A stretch of DNA of 64,000 bases, taken from Podarcis muralis. Lineage: Eukaryota. Position 1 is the first letter of the stretch. Every line of letters begins with the position of its first letter. The position numbers and the translations under genes are program-made. Shown here one piece after another: positions 63,202 to 64,000 of the stretch. The stretch covers positions 82,336,001-82,400,000 of the forward strand of contig NC_135655.1 in NCBI RefSeq assembly GCF_964188315.1. Reading direction: 5' to 3'. A model generated the notes under the pieces. That model saw only the letters and a program-made list of their open reading frames with translations. It had not been told where the DNA came from and did no database searches.

Positions 63202-63930
63202 TTTTTTTAAAAAAATAATATTTATTGAGTTTCCAAAAATTTAAACACTACAAACAAAAAACAAAAAAACAAACGAAAAACAACACAATACAATACAAAA
63301 ACACTACAAAACACTACAAAAAGACAAATAAAACAAAACAAAGACCATTTACAACCTTTATTCTTACTCTTACATCATCTTAACATTCATACAATTTACA
63401 ATGTTTTTGTAGATAGTCCTTAAATTTCTTCCAATCCTCTTCCACCACTTCTTCTCCCAGGTCACGGATTCTGCCAGTCATTTCTGCTAGTTCCATATAG
63501 TCTATCAGTTGCATCTGCCATTCTTCCAGCGTGGGCAAGTCTTGAGTTTTCCAGTGTTTAGCTATGAGTATTCTTGCTGCTGTTGTTGCATACATGAAAA
63601 ATGTATAATCCTTCTTTAACACCCTCTGGCCGACAATGCCCAAAAGCAAGGCCTCTGGTTTCTTAGGGAAGGTATATTTAAATAGCTTTTTCAACTCGTT
63701 ATATATCATTTCCCAGAAAGCCTTAACCCTAGGGCAAGTCCACCAGAGGTGAAAGAACGTTCCTTCAGTTTCTTTACATTTCCAACATTTGTTATCAGGC
63801 AAATGGTATATTTTTGCAAGCTTGACTGGGGTCATGTGCCACCTGTATATCATTTTCATAATATTTTCTTTTAAGGCATTACATGCCGTGAACTTCACAC
63901 CGGTGGTCCATAACCTTTCCCAGTCTAAAG
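63202..63930 (-). mobile_element. L1-clade LINE 3' portion (ORF2 C-terminus, 3' UTR, A-rich tail)
   Basis: Open frame 63380-63898 with CWKC..H..WTC zinc knuckle; aataaa and A-tract near 63205-63225. Confidence 0.88.
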
Positions 63931-64000
63931 CCGTATAACTTCATTCCAACTTTGTTCTAACATTCATTAATTTTGCAATTTTTCTATAATTAGTCTTTAA

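Overview
Squamate genomic DNA, most likely a lacertid lizard (Sauria/Squam1, Squam2-like, Squam3 and POM-like SINEs are present). The window is part of a class II, family-5-type olfactory receptor (OR) cluster. It holds ten complete single-exon OR ORFs, one OR cut by the left edge and one frameshifted, truncated OR pseudogene. The core is a tandem array (about 4 kb unit, 12231-30217) of four near-identical OR5F1-like genes whose variable blocks are shuffled between copies, followed by a tail-to-tail OR5AS1-like pair. Intergenic DNA is rich in transposons: a near-intact L2 LINE ORF, an RTE-X-like LINE with a 12-bp TSD, L1-clade 3' ends, a solo LTR, many hAT and Tc1/mariner MITEs, and a Penelope-type inverted repeat carrying a hammerhead ribozyme core. 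There is a 150-N assembly gap at 49848-49997. I see no prokaryotic features, CRISPR arrays or rRNA/tRNA genes. Subfamily and repeat-family names come from remembered sequences, not from database searches.
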